From positions 7,125 through 71,124 of the IMG/VR virus record IMGVR_UViG_3300009537_000004: a stretch of DNA of 64,000 nucleotides, one strand, 5' to 3'. Of this stretch, positions 8,350 through 18,619 are shown in pieces. The position numbers and the translations under genes are program-made. Source of the stretch: a virus. The notes under the pieces are model-generated. The model saw only the letters and a list, made by a program, of their open reading frames with translations, did not search any database and was not told where the DNA came from. How positions within the stretch are numbered: position 1 is the first letter of the stretch; each line of letters starts with the position of its first letter.

Positions 8350-11300
8350 TGCCAAACTTGGAATCTAAAACGGTCAATCTAACACTGGTATTCAATATTA
8401 GTCCTGAAATACCAAAGTTTGATTCTGCGCCTCAATCAACGCTGTCAACCCTACAAGTCAACGGGCTTCCAATCCGAATGGAAGAGGCAATTACCAATAT
8501 TGCTAAACGATTGACGGCAGGAAAAATTGCTAGCTACTTTGATCCTGACCGTGAGCTCAAAACTCTGATAAACTTTGGTGAAGACACGCAAAGATTGCTT
8601 ACCAACTGGATGAAAGACCCAGCCAATCTTGCTAACCACGGAATTCTTGCAAAGCTCTATGAACCACTTCCAATCAACATTGATCCAAAGTCATTGTTAT
8701 GGATTAGTAGGGAACTGTCGCCAACGCTTCTTGACCAAATCGCGGTTGTCATCACTCCTGAACAACAAATCATTCTCTACCTACGTTCGCCTAATCGCGA
8801 TGCAGCAGCAGAAACTTCACCACAAGTTCAGCTCACAGATGTCACGCTAGCAGATTTGTTGGTATCGGGTTCCACCACATCAGGCTCACAAGTTATTGCA
8901 AGTAATCCAACGCTTGAGCAGTGGTATACTACTGCGTTAGAGGGCGTCTATCTAAATGTTGATTACACAGACTACAATAATTTTGTTCATTTTAGTTCGG
9001 CCGAAAATAGACTTCAAGTTTTCAGACAAAAGTTACTGAAAATAGAACAACTACAAAGTGCGCTAAATGTTCAGTCGGCCGCGGCCGTAGCTACTCTTTT
9101 TTCCAGTTCTTTGAGCAATGTCTCTGGAACTGCTCAATTCAAGGTAATGCAAAGCTTGGCAGACCAACAGCAAGACATCGTTCGCGGGTTTGATGGATAT
9201 GAACGATTCCTCTACTACAACTCCGGCTCTTTCACTGGATCGCTGTCAGGTCTTGACGAAGATGAAGTGCTTGAGATCGCGGACGTGTCTTGGCCTAAGT
9301 CCACCGGAAGTATTGCATATCCAACCGGCAGCGTGTTACCGGTGACGCACTCGTTGTCTGTGGCCTTCTATGATGCGCAGTCAGCAATAGCGACAGACTA
9401 TGACAGACAGAACGCAGAGTGGCTCGTCTTGAATGTTCCTGAATACATCCAAAACGATCCTGACTCTGCCGAGTTCCTAACATTCCTCAACATTGTTGGT
9501 CATCACTTTGATACGCTCAAGCTCTACATTGACCAGATGCCTGAGATTTATGACAGGGGTGCTGACCCCGACGCTGGCATCTCTCCTGACCTGCTTTGGA
9601 CACTAGCGCAATCACTTGGCATTGATCTTCCAAACCAATACGCCATCAAAAACTTGGTTGATTTCACGGTCGGTCGTGCAGCAGCAACGCAAAAGACCTA
9701 CTCTCAAGCAATCACGGAGACCTGGAAGCGCTTCATCCACAACCAGGTCTACATCGCAAAGACCAAGGGCACGCTGACAGGCTTGCTCGCACTGCGCAAC
9801 GTCTACGGGGTTCTTCCGCAGCTTGTGCGCATCCAAGAGTCAGCCACGCCGTCGTCGCTCTTCACGACTGGCTCCTTCGAGCTCTTCGATGAGCTCACAT
9901 CGGTCCTGACCTTCAACTCTGGAGCACGCGTGGAGGTGCCATTCTCGGCGACAGGCCAGGACCCTGACGTGGTGGAGCTGCGCTTCCGCGACACAGAGTT
10001 CGCGTCAGGCACCCTGATGACCGCCTACGACAGCACGCCGACCGCTCTGTGGTCCGTGCTCGTCAAGCCCACTGGCAGCGCTGACAACGGCCGGGGAGTG
10101 CTGCAGGTCGTCACTGACGCTGTGGTGTACGAGACCCCGAAGGGCGACTTCCTCAGCGGCGACTACTTCACGCTCATGCTTCGACGCACCACAGCTGGTC
10201 CTGTAGACCTGACCGTCAAGAGCTACGAGGACGAGCGCTTCACCTACGCGCACGGACCTGTGGAGCTCTCAGGCTCGCTCTCCGCGTCGTGGGATGCAGC
10301 CGTCAGCATCTCTCTTGGTGACGGCCTCTACAGCGGTTCCGTTGACGAGCTCCGTGTGTGGAGCGAGGTCACGACTGACGCAACCTTCGATGACCACGTG
10401 CGCTTTCCTGGCCTCTACGCCGGCAACTCGTTCAGCTCGTCCACGGACAGCTTGGTGGTGCGTCACTCGTTCAACGTACCGCGCGACCTGACGGTGACGC
10501 AATCGGTCACCAACGAGACTCCGTGGTCTGGTGCAATCGGTGCTTTGTCTGAATCAGTTGCGGTAGGGTTTGATGCAGCTGCAGCGTATCCATATCAGTT
10601 TGAGTGGATTGTACGTCAGACGCAAAGATTCTCCGCAAATGCTGGTGGAGAACAATACAGCAGTAATAATATTACCATCGCACCATCGGCCGATTACAAA
10701 CCTGGTACAGTTCAAGTAACAGGAAGTAATCAGATTCCTGTTCTGAGCAGGGATCGCAGAATACGAGCAATCCCATCGGGAAGCACGACTTTCCCCGGCG
10801 ACGAAATCAAACAAAGAAGTACCATTGGTTTCTATTTGACTTTGGCGGAAAGCATCAATGACAGCATTATGCGCTCAATGGGACAAATTGATCTCAGCCA
10901 GTTGATTGGAGATCCTCTAAACTTGTATGAAGAAAAGTATGTTGATTTGATTAGTCGTTATGAATATTATGTAAACAACTATTCGCCAACTTTCAACTAC
11001 AACAAATTTGCGAAATACACCGATGGATTGTTGGACGGTCTTTTTGCGCAGTCCAGAGCCAACATTCCAGCGTCAGCAAAGCTCATCACCGGAGTTGCCA
11101 TAGAACCGCCAATTCTTGAAAGAGCAAAGATTGTTCTGAATAAACCACTCAAGGTTGAAGGTTCCAATACTCGACGTGAAGCAGATGCACGAAACATTCT
11201 TGCAACTGAGGGAAGCTATCCAGGAGCTCGTTATGCAGAAGCTGAGATTGAAGAAACTGGGCTTCCTACACCTCTAGCAGATATGAAGCAATTGTTGACC

Positions 11301-12158
11301 ACAATTGAAGAAATTTCAAGAGAGGTTCTCAGTGATATTACTTTATTGAACCCACTTTTGAGTGTTGAAGATATTACAATTCCGTACGCGTTTATCACTC
11401 AATTGAACGGATTGGTTGAGTTTGAAGATGAATTTACCATACTGGCCATTGTTCCAAGCTATAGCACAACGATTGACGCAGACATTATAGGTACAGCAAG
11501 CTCGTCACTTTCTGACCAATTCAATTTCCAGGAAATAAAAGCGGAAAGTAGCTTCGACGACCCGCTTTCTACTACATACTTTACACATCCATCTGGTTCA
11601 TATGGACTTCTGGATTATGAGTTTGAAAGAATAAGAGAGAACATTCTCACAGACCGAGGCGCGTGGGTTAGAGGAACGCTTTATCGCGTCAACGATATGG
11701 TCACAATTAGTGGCAGCGAATATCGCTGTTTGACTGACAAAGTTTTGTCGGCAGCAGGAAATCCTGTGCCATTCGTCAGCTATGTTGCACCAAACCTTGA
11801 CACAAAAAACTGGACCAATGTAACCTATCGGCAGGTTCCGGTACTACGACTATTCAAAGCGGTCGTTAGTGGTTCAAGCCCTATAGGAATTGGTGGTACT
11901 ACAATAGTTCCATTCGGCCAGACGGGGTACACGCCGTTCACAGGCTACGCACCGCAGCACTTCAAGTTCTTCAGAAACACAGCCACAGGCTGGGTCAACG
12001 CTCGCTACGACGGCTGCTTGCAGACAGCAGCTACGACCACCGACGGAAAAGACCCTGTTGAAGTCTTCCCGAGCTCGGAGGCGCAGCTGTTCGTCAAGGA
12101 AGGTAGGTCTGTTCAGGACGACACGGACGAAGATGGACCAATCCTGACAGTAAGGTAA
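8349..12158 (+). CDS. Large baseplate wedge-like protein with LamG/concanavalin-like segment
   Basis: 1269 aa; 'NFVHFSSAE.RL..F..K', 'FLNIVGHHFD', 'KTKGT', 'YSGSVDELRVW'. Confidence 0.7.
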   Translation: MPNLESKTVNLTLVFNISPEIPKFDSAPQSTLSTLQVNGLPIRMEEAITNIAKRLTAGKIASYFDPDRELKTLINFGEDTQRLLTNWMKDPANLANHGILAKLYEPLPINIDPKSLLWISRELSPTLLDQIAVVITPEQQIILYLRSPNRDAAAETSPQVQLTDVTLADLLVSGSTTSGSQVIASNPTLEQWYTTALEGVYLNVDYTDYNNFVHFSSAENRLQVFRQKLLKIEQLQSALNVQSAAAVATLFSSSLSNVSGTAQFKVMQSLADQQQDIVRGFDGYERFLYYNSGSFTGSLSGLDEDEVLEIADVSWPKSTGSIAYPTGSVLPVTHSLSVAFYDAQSAIATDYDRQNAEWLVLNVPEYIQNDPDSAEFLTFLNIVGHHFDTLKLYIDQMPEIYDRGADPDAGISPDLLWTLAQSLGIDLPNQYAIKNLVDFTVGRAAATQKTYSQAITETWKRFIHNQVYIAKTKGTLTGLLALRNVYGVLPQLVRIQESATPSSLFTTGSFELFDELTSVLTFNSGARVEVPFSATGQDPDVVELRFRDTEFASGTLMTAYDSTPTALWSVLVKPTGSADNGRGVLQVVTDAVVYETPKGDFLSGDYFTLMLRRTTAGPVDLTVKSYEDERFTYAHGPVELSGSLSASWDAAVSISLGDGLYSGSVDELRVWSEVTTDATFDDHVRFPGLYAGNSFSSSTDSLVVRHSFNVPRDLTVTQSVTNETPWSGAIGALSESVAVGFDAAAAYPYQFEWIVRQTQRFSANAGGEQYSSNNITIAPSADYKPGTVQVTGSNQIPVLSRDRRIRAIPSGSTTFPGDEIKQRSTIGFYLTLAESINDSIMRSMGQIDLSQLIGDPLNLYEEKYVDLISRYEYYVNNYSPTFNYNKFAKYTDGLLDGLFAQSRANIPASAKLITGVAIEPPILERAKIVLNKPLKVEGSNTRREADARNILATEGSYPGARYAEAEIEETGLPTPLADMKQLLTTIEEISREVLSDITLLNPLLSVEDITIPYAFITQLNGLVEFEDEFTILAIVPSYSTTIDADIIGTASSSLSDQFNFQEIKAESSFDDPLSTTYFTHPSGSYGLLDYEFERIRENILTDRGAWVRGTLYRVNDMVTISGSEYRCLTDKVLSAAGNPVPFVSYVAPNLDTKNWTNVTYRQVPVLRLFKAVVSGSSPIGIGGTTIVPFGQTGYTPFTGYAPQHFKFFRNTATGWVNARYDGCLQTAATTTDGKDPVEVFPSSEAQLFVKEGRSVQDDTDEDGPILTVR

Positions 12159-12225
12159 GTGGTTATTTCTTGGGAACATAATATGTATAGATAGTTGAAA
12201 ATCAACTTATGGGAGCACAAAAACT

Positions 12226-12861
12226 ATGGGATACTTGAACAACGCAACACTAACAGTGGATGCTATCCTTACTAAGAAGGGGCGTGAACTGTTGGCAAAG
12301 GGTGAAGGTTTCAATATTACGCAGTTCGCAGTAGCGGACGACGAGGTTGACTACACTCTTTACACAACCGCACATCCGCTTGGAACCGATTTCTTTGGCA
12401 GTATCATTGAAAATATGCCCGTTTTGGAAGCCTCGCCCGACGAGACCCAAGGCATGCGGTTCAAGCTGGTTACGCTCCGAAGAGGAACAAAAGAAATTCC
12501 AATCATCGCAATTGGAACTACAAATATCGTTCTAACCGCAGGACAGTCAAACGCATTCCCAATTAGACCAACAACTTCTAAGGGGTTGAATGGTGCTGGA
12601 TTTGGATATACAGTGACTCTACACAACGCTGATGCAGCAACCCTAAATGGTAGTGGGTTGCCGGCAACCGTAAGAGCAACGACTCCTACGTTCTTGAGCG
12701 ACGTACAGAGCGCAAACGCAACTGTCGCTGTTGGTTTGGAATTCACTTTGATTCCGAAGGATGTAGCATCACAAATTGTAACACAATTAACAGTAGTCGG
12801 AAACCAAACTGGCGCATCAATTACGATTCCAGTTACGGTCAATCCAGAGCCTACGGTATAA
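12226..12861 (+). CDS. Conserved virion structural protein (baseplate/tail associated)
   Basis: 'MGYLNNATLTVDAILTKKGRELLA...ITQFAVADDEVDY'; RBS GGGAG. Confidence 0.7.
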   Translation: MGYLNNATLTVDAILTKKGRELLAKGEGFNITQFAVADDEVDYTLYTTAHPLGTDFFGSIIENMPVLEASPDETQGMRFKLVTLRRGTKEIPIIAIGTTNIVLTAGQSNAFPIRPTTSKGLNGAGFGYTVTLHNADAATLNGSGLPATVRATTPTFLSDVQSANATVAVGLEFTLIPKDVASQIVTQLTVVGNQTGASITIPVTVNPEPTV

Positions 12862-12875
12862 CCGGAGATTAACTT

Positions 12876-13901
12876 ATGAATATCTTTAAGAAATTTGATG
12901 ACGACGATATTGTAAGAGCCAACCCGGCGGAAGTTTCTGTTGGACTTTGGACTGGCGATACCGGCAGCTTAGCAGCCTTTTATACTTCTAGCGCTCAAAG
13001 TGCATCTTTGAGCGGACAATACTATCTTGATGTATACAACATTGACCCATCATCCTCTGTAGCAGAGGTACAGTTTTCGATAGCTTACGGACATATAGAA
13101 GGATCAGGATCATCACTTCTTTCTGACGATGACAATGCTTTGTTACCTACGAAGGCTACATATTTCCAATATCGTAATATTTTGCTTGAGCCAGGCGACA
13201 CCAATTTCACATTCCTTCCGGATACCGCAGGAGCTACCTACAATTCCGATGACATTTATGTTATCAATATCAAGCGTTCTCGCTTGAAGGAAAGGCTAGA
13301 TCCAGGCAACTGGATTCTAACTCTCAGTGGAAGCGGGCATACATTCATTGATGACAGCGGACAAACTCTAGGAGAGACTTTTGGTAGCTCCGGCCGCGTG
13401 TTCAATGTTGTTAGCGGTTCGCTCACAGGAGCTTCCGGTTCAACAACGGTGCAATCATCGTCTGTCAGTGGAGGATTCGGCCTAGTTTATCCTGATGTGG
13501 GAATCATCGTTCTTAATCCACAGGCTTTGTTCTCCGTGGGCGTCATACCCGCACCTGATCTCGACACTACTGGCGGAACCAGACCCAACAATCAGGCACT
13601 GTTGACGATGATACAATCAGGAAGTGATTTCCAAGCAAGGTCAGCAGAAACCATTTCCTCAACTCACTATTTTGTGAGAATGAGAAACAAGGAGTTCAAT
13701 TACTCCAACAACCCGTCCTTCTTCAACGAAGCAAACGGTGCGATTTTGAACACCAACTTTGTTCAGAATCCAAAGGTTTTTGCGACAACTGTTGGGTTGT
13801 ATAACGACGAAAACGAGCTACTTGCAATTGCGAAGTTGAGTCAACCTTTACAGAAGAGTTTTGACAGAGAGGCATTGGTCCGCGTCAGACTTGACTTCTA
13901 A
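12876..13901 (+). CDS. Virion structural protein (tail/baseplate), paralog of the next gene
   Basis: C-terminal 'EFNYSNNP...TTVGLYNDENELLAIAKLSQPL.K' shared with 13919..14788. Confidence 0.7.
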   Translation: MNIFKKFDDDDIVRANPAEVSVGLWTGDTGSLAAFYTSSAQSASLSGQYYLDVYNIDPSSSVAEVQFSIAYGHIEGSGSSLLSDDDNALLPTKATYFQYRNILLEPGDTNFTFLPDTAGATYNSDDIYVINIKRSRLKERLDPGNWILTLSGSGHTFIDDSGQTLGETFGSSGRVFNVVSGSLTGASGSTTVQSSSVSGGFGLVYPDVGIIVLNPQALFSVGVIPAPDLDTTGGTRPNNQALLTMIQSGSDFQARSAETISSTHYFVRMRNKEFNYSNNPSFFNEANGAILNTNFVQNPKVFATTVGLYNDENELLAIAKLSQPLQKSFDREALVRVRLDF

Positions 13902-13918
13902 GTTAGAAGGGTAACAAT

Positions 13919-14788
13919 ATGCCACCGCTAGTCTTCAAGACTCTTGGTTCGGACAGCGTTACCATCCGCCCGTTCAAAGTCCACAAAACTCAAGTGCTCT
14001 CATACACATCGGGCAGCGGGAGCAATTCACCAGAGCTCAACGTAGCAACAGGAATTGCTCTCGCCGATGTTCTTGAGTTTGACCCAAACACTTCTCCCAC
14101 GAACGAAGATGGATCCTATCAGGAACCGCTCTACGAATCAATAGAACATCTGTTTTACGATTCCGCACTCTATACAAGCAGGAGCGTCACCTTTGCTGCG
14201 GGTGGTAGTGGTGACCGCGGATTCACACCATCGGGTTCAGTCTATGTTGTAAATGTGGCTCAGAGCTATTGGGGTGAGAGAATTAGAAAGGGAACTTTTG
14301 TCTTAGATGCCCCGCCGGGATCTGGATCGATTATTGAAGATGCTGCTGGACGACTTTATGTTAGCGGCTCAGATAATGTAGTAGGAAATGTATTCTATGG
14401 TTTGGGTATAGCAGTAGTAAACCGTGCGACTGCTTCCGGTTCCGGAAGTGAGCTTGTAGTGGACGATGGTCTATTTATAGCTGGCGGAGATACCGTCCGC
14501 GTCACTTTTGACGCAACTCAAACTCTATACGAATATCAAATAATTGCTACGATTAACCCTGGCGAGTTTAACTACTCCATAAATCCTAGCGCAAGAGGTA
14601 AGTTTTCAGGAAGCACAGGCCAAACTTTTGTTGTAGACGAAATGGCATCGGGCACTTTGAGCCCATACATTACAGAAGTTGGGCTATACAACGATTATTA
14701 CGAACTGGTAGCTGTAGCTAAACTTCCAAGGCCCATTAAGAGGCTCAGAAACACACAGCAAAGTTTCGTCATTCGCTTTGACGCATAA
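13919..14788 (+). CDS. Virion structural protein (tail/baseplate), paralog of the previous gene
   Basis: C-terminal 'EFNYSINP...ITEVGLYNDYYELVAVAKLPRPIK'. Confidence 0.7.
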   Translation: MPPLVFKTLGSDSVTIRPFKVHKTQVLSYTSGSGSNSPELNVATGIALADVLEFDPNTSPTNEDGSYQEPLYESIEHLFYDSALYTSRSVTFAAGGSGDRGFTPSGSVYVVNVAQSYWGERIRKGTFVLDAPPGSGSIIEDAAGRLYVSGSDNVVGNVFYGLGIAVVNRATASGSGSELVVDDGLFIAGGDTVRVTFDATQTLYEYQIIATINPGEFNYSINPSARGKFSGSTGQTFVVDEMASGTLSPYITEVGLYNDYYELVAVAKLPRPIKRLRNTQQSFVIRFDA

Positions 14789-15288
14789 TGCAGTATCGTA
14801 TTTTTGATTTTGACGACACGCTTGTCAAGACAGACGCAAAGGTTATCGTTACTAGGCGGAATGGGGAGAGAAGGGCTCTCAGTTCTGCTGAGTTTGCGGT
14901 TTACAAACAAAAACCTGGAGATAAATTAGACTTGTCTCAATTTTCAGACTACCTTGTGAATCCCCGAGCGATTCCAAAGTATGTTGAGAAGTTGAAAGAT
15001 GCTATGAGCGGCCCAGGTGAAGCAATAATCTTGACGGCACGAGGAGAAGCAAAGCCGATTGCTAAGTTCCTAAGAAGCATCGGAATCACGAGCGGTGTCA
15101 AGATTAAAGCATTGAACACGGTGGACCCAAACGATAAGAAGAATTACATTGAACAGCTGATTAAGAGAGGCGCTACCGACATAGAATTTTACGATGATTC
15201 GGTCAAAAATATCCAAGCTGTTCAAAAATTAACAAAGCAGTACCCTGATGTGAGACTAAGAATTGTTCATGTCCCATCAGCTCATTAA
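14788..15288 (+). CDS. HAD-superfamily hydrolase
   Basis: Motif I 'IFDFDDTLV', motif II 'ILTARG', Lys motif 'KK', motif IV 'FYDDS..N'. Confidence 0.8.
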   Translation: MQYRIFDFDDTLVKTDAKVIVTRRNGERRALSSAEFAVYKQKPGDKLDLSQFSDYLVNPRAIPKYVEKLKDAMSGPGEAIILTARGEAKPIAKFLRSIGITSGVKIKALNTVDPNDKKNYIEQLIKRGATDIEFYDDSVKNIQAVQKLTKQYPDVRLRIVHVPSAH

Positions 15289-15300
15289 TAGGAGAAACCA

Positions 15301-15600
15301 ATGAGTAATTTAGTTGACCTCTACGAGAACAGCAAAAAGAAGAGGGTCGAAGAAGCTCGCGAAATTCCCTCCAGAGAAACCGATTACTTTGACCGGGAGA
15401 AGGAATTTGCGACCGGCTTCAAGGCGGGAAAGAAGAAGTTAGATCCTACTGACTATACAGAAAAGGGTCTTGACCAGTATAATGAAGATCGAAATGACCT
15501 AACTCCACCTGAGTCTTTTGATGCGTCACAACCGCTCCATCGTTATACTCCTGAGACTCCATTCTATGATCCTGGAGCTCCCGATTCGTCAGCCACTTAA
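15301..15600 (+). CDS. Hypothetical acidic protein
   Basis: 99-aa ORF with AGGAG RBS. Confidence 0.65.
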   Translation: MSNLVDLYENSKKKRVEEAREIPSRETDYFDREKEFATGFKAGKKKLDPTDYTEKGLDQYNEDRNDLTPPESFDASQPLHRYTPETPFYDPGAPDSSAT

Positions 15601-15619
15601 GTAAGATAGAGAGGTTACT

Positions 15620-15970
15620 ATGAAAACACGGTCAGCAAAGGCAAAGGGCCGCCGCTTACAAAACGAAGTTTGTGAGACTTTGGTGGAACATTTCAAAGAA
15701 AAGTTAGAGTCGGGTGATATTCGCCCTGCTCTAATGGGAGAGTCAGGCGAAGATATTAAGAGGTCACCACTCGCCAAAAGACTACTCCCATTTTCTTTTG
15801 AATGCAAGAACCAGGAAAAGCTCAATATATGGAGTGCATTGGAGCAAGCAAAAGCTAATTGTCCTGATGGGGATTTGCCTGTGTTGGTGTTCAAGAGGAA
15901 CCGTTCTGAGACACATGTTGCAATGAGATTTGAGGATTTCTTGAAATTATTAGGAGAGAGTAGTGATTAA
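15620..15970 (+). CDS. PD-(D/E)XK nuclease, Holliday-junction-resolvase-like
   Basis: 'SAKAKGRRLQNEV...GESGEDI...FSFECKNQEKLNIW.A.EQA...P.LVFKRNR'. Confidence 0.8.
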   Translation: MKTRSAKAKGRRLQNEVCETLVEHFKEKLESGDIRPALMGESGEDIKRSPLAKRLLPFSFECKNQEKLNIWSALEQAKANCPDGDLPVLVFKRNRSETHVAMRFEDFLKLLGESSD

Positions 15971-16322
15971 ACTTATTGTCTTCAAGGAAGTTTATGCCGG
16001 CTTTGGCGAAACAATTGATTTTGCGATATTCAATCAATTGGCCAGAGCATATAATGCAGAACTTCAGATGATACGGGATTGGAGCGAAGCAATTATTCCT
16101 GAGGCCCATTCATTAGTAATAGTTGATGAGGCAGGAGTGAATGATATTAAGTCTTTCACTCATCCTGAAAACGCAGTTTACGTTATCGGTCGCACTAGCT
16201 TGGATGTCCACCAAACAGTGCCTCATAATTGCGCAGCGGGTGAATGTGTAAGAATAGATACGCCCAATTCAATTTCATTGTTTGGGCATTCAGCAGCGGC
16301 TATAGTTTTATCACGGAGATAA
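15963..16322 (+). CDS. Small SPOUT (SpoU/TrmH-like) methyltransferase-fold protein
   Basis: 'F.HPENAVYVIG...VRI.TP..SL...SAAAIVL' resembles the SPOUT knot region; GTG start after AGGAG. Confidence 0.55.
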   Translation: MIKLIVFKEVYAGFGETIDFAIFNQLARAYNAELQMIRDWSEAIIPEAHSLVIVDEAGVNDIKSFTHPENAVYVIGRTSLDVHQTVPHNCAAGECVRIDTPNSISLFGHSAAAIVLSRR

Positions 16323-16325
16323 GTA

Positions 16326-17984
16326 ATGACAGTTGCAGTTGCTCCGAATCTCACCGTAATTAATTATGCTGAATCAATTACTGGTTGGTCGGAATGGAAT
16401 TTAGGTGGTGGTGTAAATCTTGAGTTATTTACTGACCCAAGTCGGGAGGGAACCAACTCCATAGGAACAATTGCATCAGAACTTGCAGCAAATGAGAGTT
16501 CGGGTGGTTATTTTACTGCTGGCGCGCCAATAAATCTCAGAGGTAAAAGACTTTATGTTTGGATGAACATTCAGATTAGTATTCAAAACAAAGAGAATGG
16601 CGGCGCGCGCATTATTATTGGTGATGGAGCAAATACAAGGGCTTACTATGTAGGTGGTGGTGATGCGTTGGGATTTCAAGTAGGATTTTGGAACTGCTTT
16701 GTATTAGAAATAGATAACCTTCCCTCAGGATGGGAACAAATAGCCGGCACGGGCCCACCAGATGTAACCTCTCTCACAGAATTTGGAGCAAGTATTAGCA
16801 CTCCTATTAAATCTAGAGGTGTGGCAAACGTTTTTTGGGATGTTATTCGTTATGGAACTGGTCTCACTATCACAGGTGGAACAGCAGAAGACCCAGTTAC
16901 ATTTGCACAAATAGTGGAAGATGACGAAAGCGAAGCTACAGATAAAGCATACGGTATTATAAGAGAAGCAGCTGCCGGAGTCTACTCAGTTCAAGGAGAC
17001 TTGACTTTCGGCGACCCAACCGGAAGTGCAGGCCTTTATTTCTATGACACAGATGCTGTGGTTGTAGTAGGTGCGCAACCTAACCAAACAAGCAGCGGAG
17101 CACCATATAAATTTTCGGTTGTTGCCGCAACAAGTGAATCATATTTTCAGCTGGGAAATCCTGTAGGAACAGGAGATGATCAAGTAGGGGCAAGGCCTGT
17201 GCAACTAAGGCAAGCCACAGCAAAAACAGGAAGCATTCTCTTTACTTTTGAATCAACAGACGCTCAAGCCACTCAATCGTTCAATTTTGGTACAACATTT
17301 GTAGGATTAAACAGTGCTTCCATAGGCGCCATATTTGCAACAAGCTCCGCTGGAGCGGCATTTTCTGGTTCTGGTCTAACTTTTGACCGATGCGGCCAGG
17401 TAAACATTGGGTCTGTTCCTGTACGCAATAGCATATTTTCTGGCCATTCAATTAGTGGTTCTGGTGCACTTATTTGGACTACAGAAACAGATATAAAAAA
17501 GAGTGCATTTCGTAATAATACTGACGGAACAGGGAACGGGTCAGCAGGAATTGAGATCCCAATTACAGGAAGTTTCTCTTTTAATGGACTCACATTCTCC
17601 AACAATGACTATGACATTCTCAATAGTAGCAATGGACAGGTAACAGTCAGCGTCGTCGGCGCCGGAGACACACCAACCTACTCCAATGCCAGTGGGTCAT
17701 CAACTAAGATTGTAGCAGAAACAGAAGTAACATTAACTGGTATGTCCTCCGGCTCAGAAGTGAGAGTTTACGATAAAAGTTCTGGCGTAGCAGTGGACGG
17801 GGTAGAAAATGTTGGAGATACAGGAATTTTTTCTTTCTCTTACACCCCCGGCGAAGTGGTCTACATCGTCATCCATGCTCTCAGCTATGTCTATATATTA
17901 ATTGATGATTATACAATCCCAACTACAGATACCACATTGCCTATTGAGCAACGGTTTGATAGAAATTACAGCAATCCTATTTAA
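16326..17984 (+). CDS. Ser/Gly/Thr-rich virion protein (fibre or spike-like)
   Basis: 552 aa, beta-rich, C-terminus 'DRNYSNPI'. Confidence 0.6.
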   Translation: MTVAVAPNLTVINYAESITGWSEWNLGGGVNLELFTDPSREGTNSIGTIASELAANESSGGYFTAGAPINLRGKRLYVWMNIQISIQNKENGGARIIIGDGANTRAYYVGGGDALGFQVGFWNCFVLEIDNLPSGWEQIAGTGPPDVTSLTEFGASISTPIKSRGVANVFWDVIRYGTGLTITGGTAEDPVTFAQIVEDDESEATDKAYGIIREAAAGVYSVQGDLTFGDPTGSAGLYFYDTDAVVVVGAQPNQTSSGAPYKFSVVAATSESYFQLGNPVGTGDDQVGARPVQLRQATAKTGSILFTFESTDAQATQSFNFGTTFVGLNSASIGAIFATSSAGAAFSGSGLTFDRCGQVNIGSVPVRNSIFSGHSISGSGALIWTTETDIKKSAFRNNTDGTGNGSAGIEIPITGSFSFNGLTFSNNDYDILNSSNGQVTVSVVGAGDTPTYSNASGSSTKIVAETEVTLTGMSSGSEVRVYDKSSGVAVDGVENVGDTGIFSFSYTPGEVVYIVIHALSYVYILIDDYTIPTTDTTLPIEQRFDRNYSNPI

Positions 17985-17998
17985 TCCATTTTGCTAAC

Positions 17999-18005
17999 TA
18001 CTTAT
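17999..18005 (+). promoter_or_regulatory. TAYTTAT candidate late promoter
   Basis: AACTACTTATA in the intergenic gap before 18050. Confidence 0.6.
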
Positions 18006-18049
18006 AGAGTAGAACGATATATGTATAGTAGGCTTCTTTGAGGAAAGGC

Positions 18050-18619
18050 ATGACCAGCTATAAGCTATACACTGACAAACCAACCATTTTTGAGTGCAAA
18101 ATTCAGTTAGAGGGGGCCTCTCTATCTAATGCAGTCGCTAGATTGGTTTTGGAGGCCCCAAATCGCAGCCTCCTGTTTGAAGGTGAAATAAGCAAAGGTG
18201 GTAAGTGCTCCATTCCCATTGAAAAACTTCGTGGTATTTGGGGAGAAGATGTGAAGGGAAAAATGAAGTTAGAAGTCATTGTAGATGACTCTTACTTCCA
18301 ACCTTGGACGCAATCCTTTATTGTAACAGCGTCCAAGAGACTTCGTGTTGAGGTTGCTGAACCAAAACCACAGAAGACACAAATCAAAGTTAGCGTAGTC
18401 AATCCTGAAGAAAGAAAGAGGAAAGCATTGGCCGAACAAATAACTAGGTCTTTAAAGAAGAAAGGGATCACAGCTAAAAATGTTACTCGTAGCGTCAAAA
18501 ATAAAAAGTATGTGACCAATTTCATCAAAGAAGCTGTAGAACGATGTGACGGTGGTATTGATGGTAATAAATTACTTACAAATGTCATTCACAACTTATC
18601 AAATAGTGGAGCTCGATAA
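18050..18619 (+). CDS. Hypothetical protein (Ig-like N-terminus, basic C-terminus)
   Basis: ORF 18038..18619; likely ATG18050 after GAGG; preceded by TACTTAT. Confidence 0.65.
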   Translation: MTSYKLYTDKPTIFECKIQLEGASLSNAVARLVLEAPNRSLLFEGEISKGGKCSIPIEKLRGIWGEDVKGKMKLEVIVDDSYFQPWTQSFIVTASKRLRVEVAEPKPQKTQIKVSVVNPEERKRKALAEQITRSLKKKGITAKNVTRSVKNKKYVTNFIKEAVERCDGGIDGNKLLTNVIHNLSNSGAR

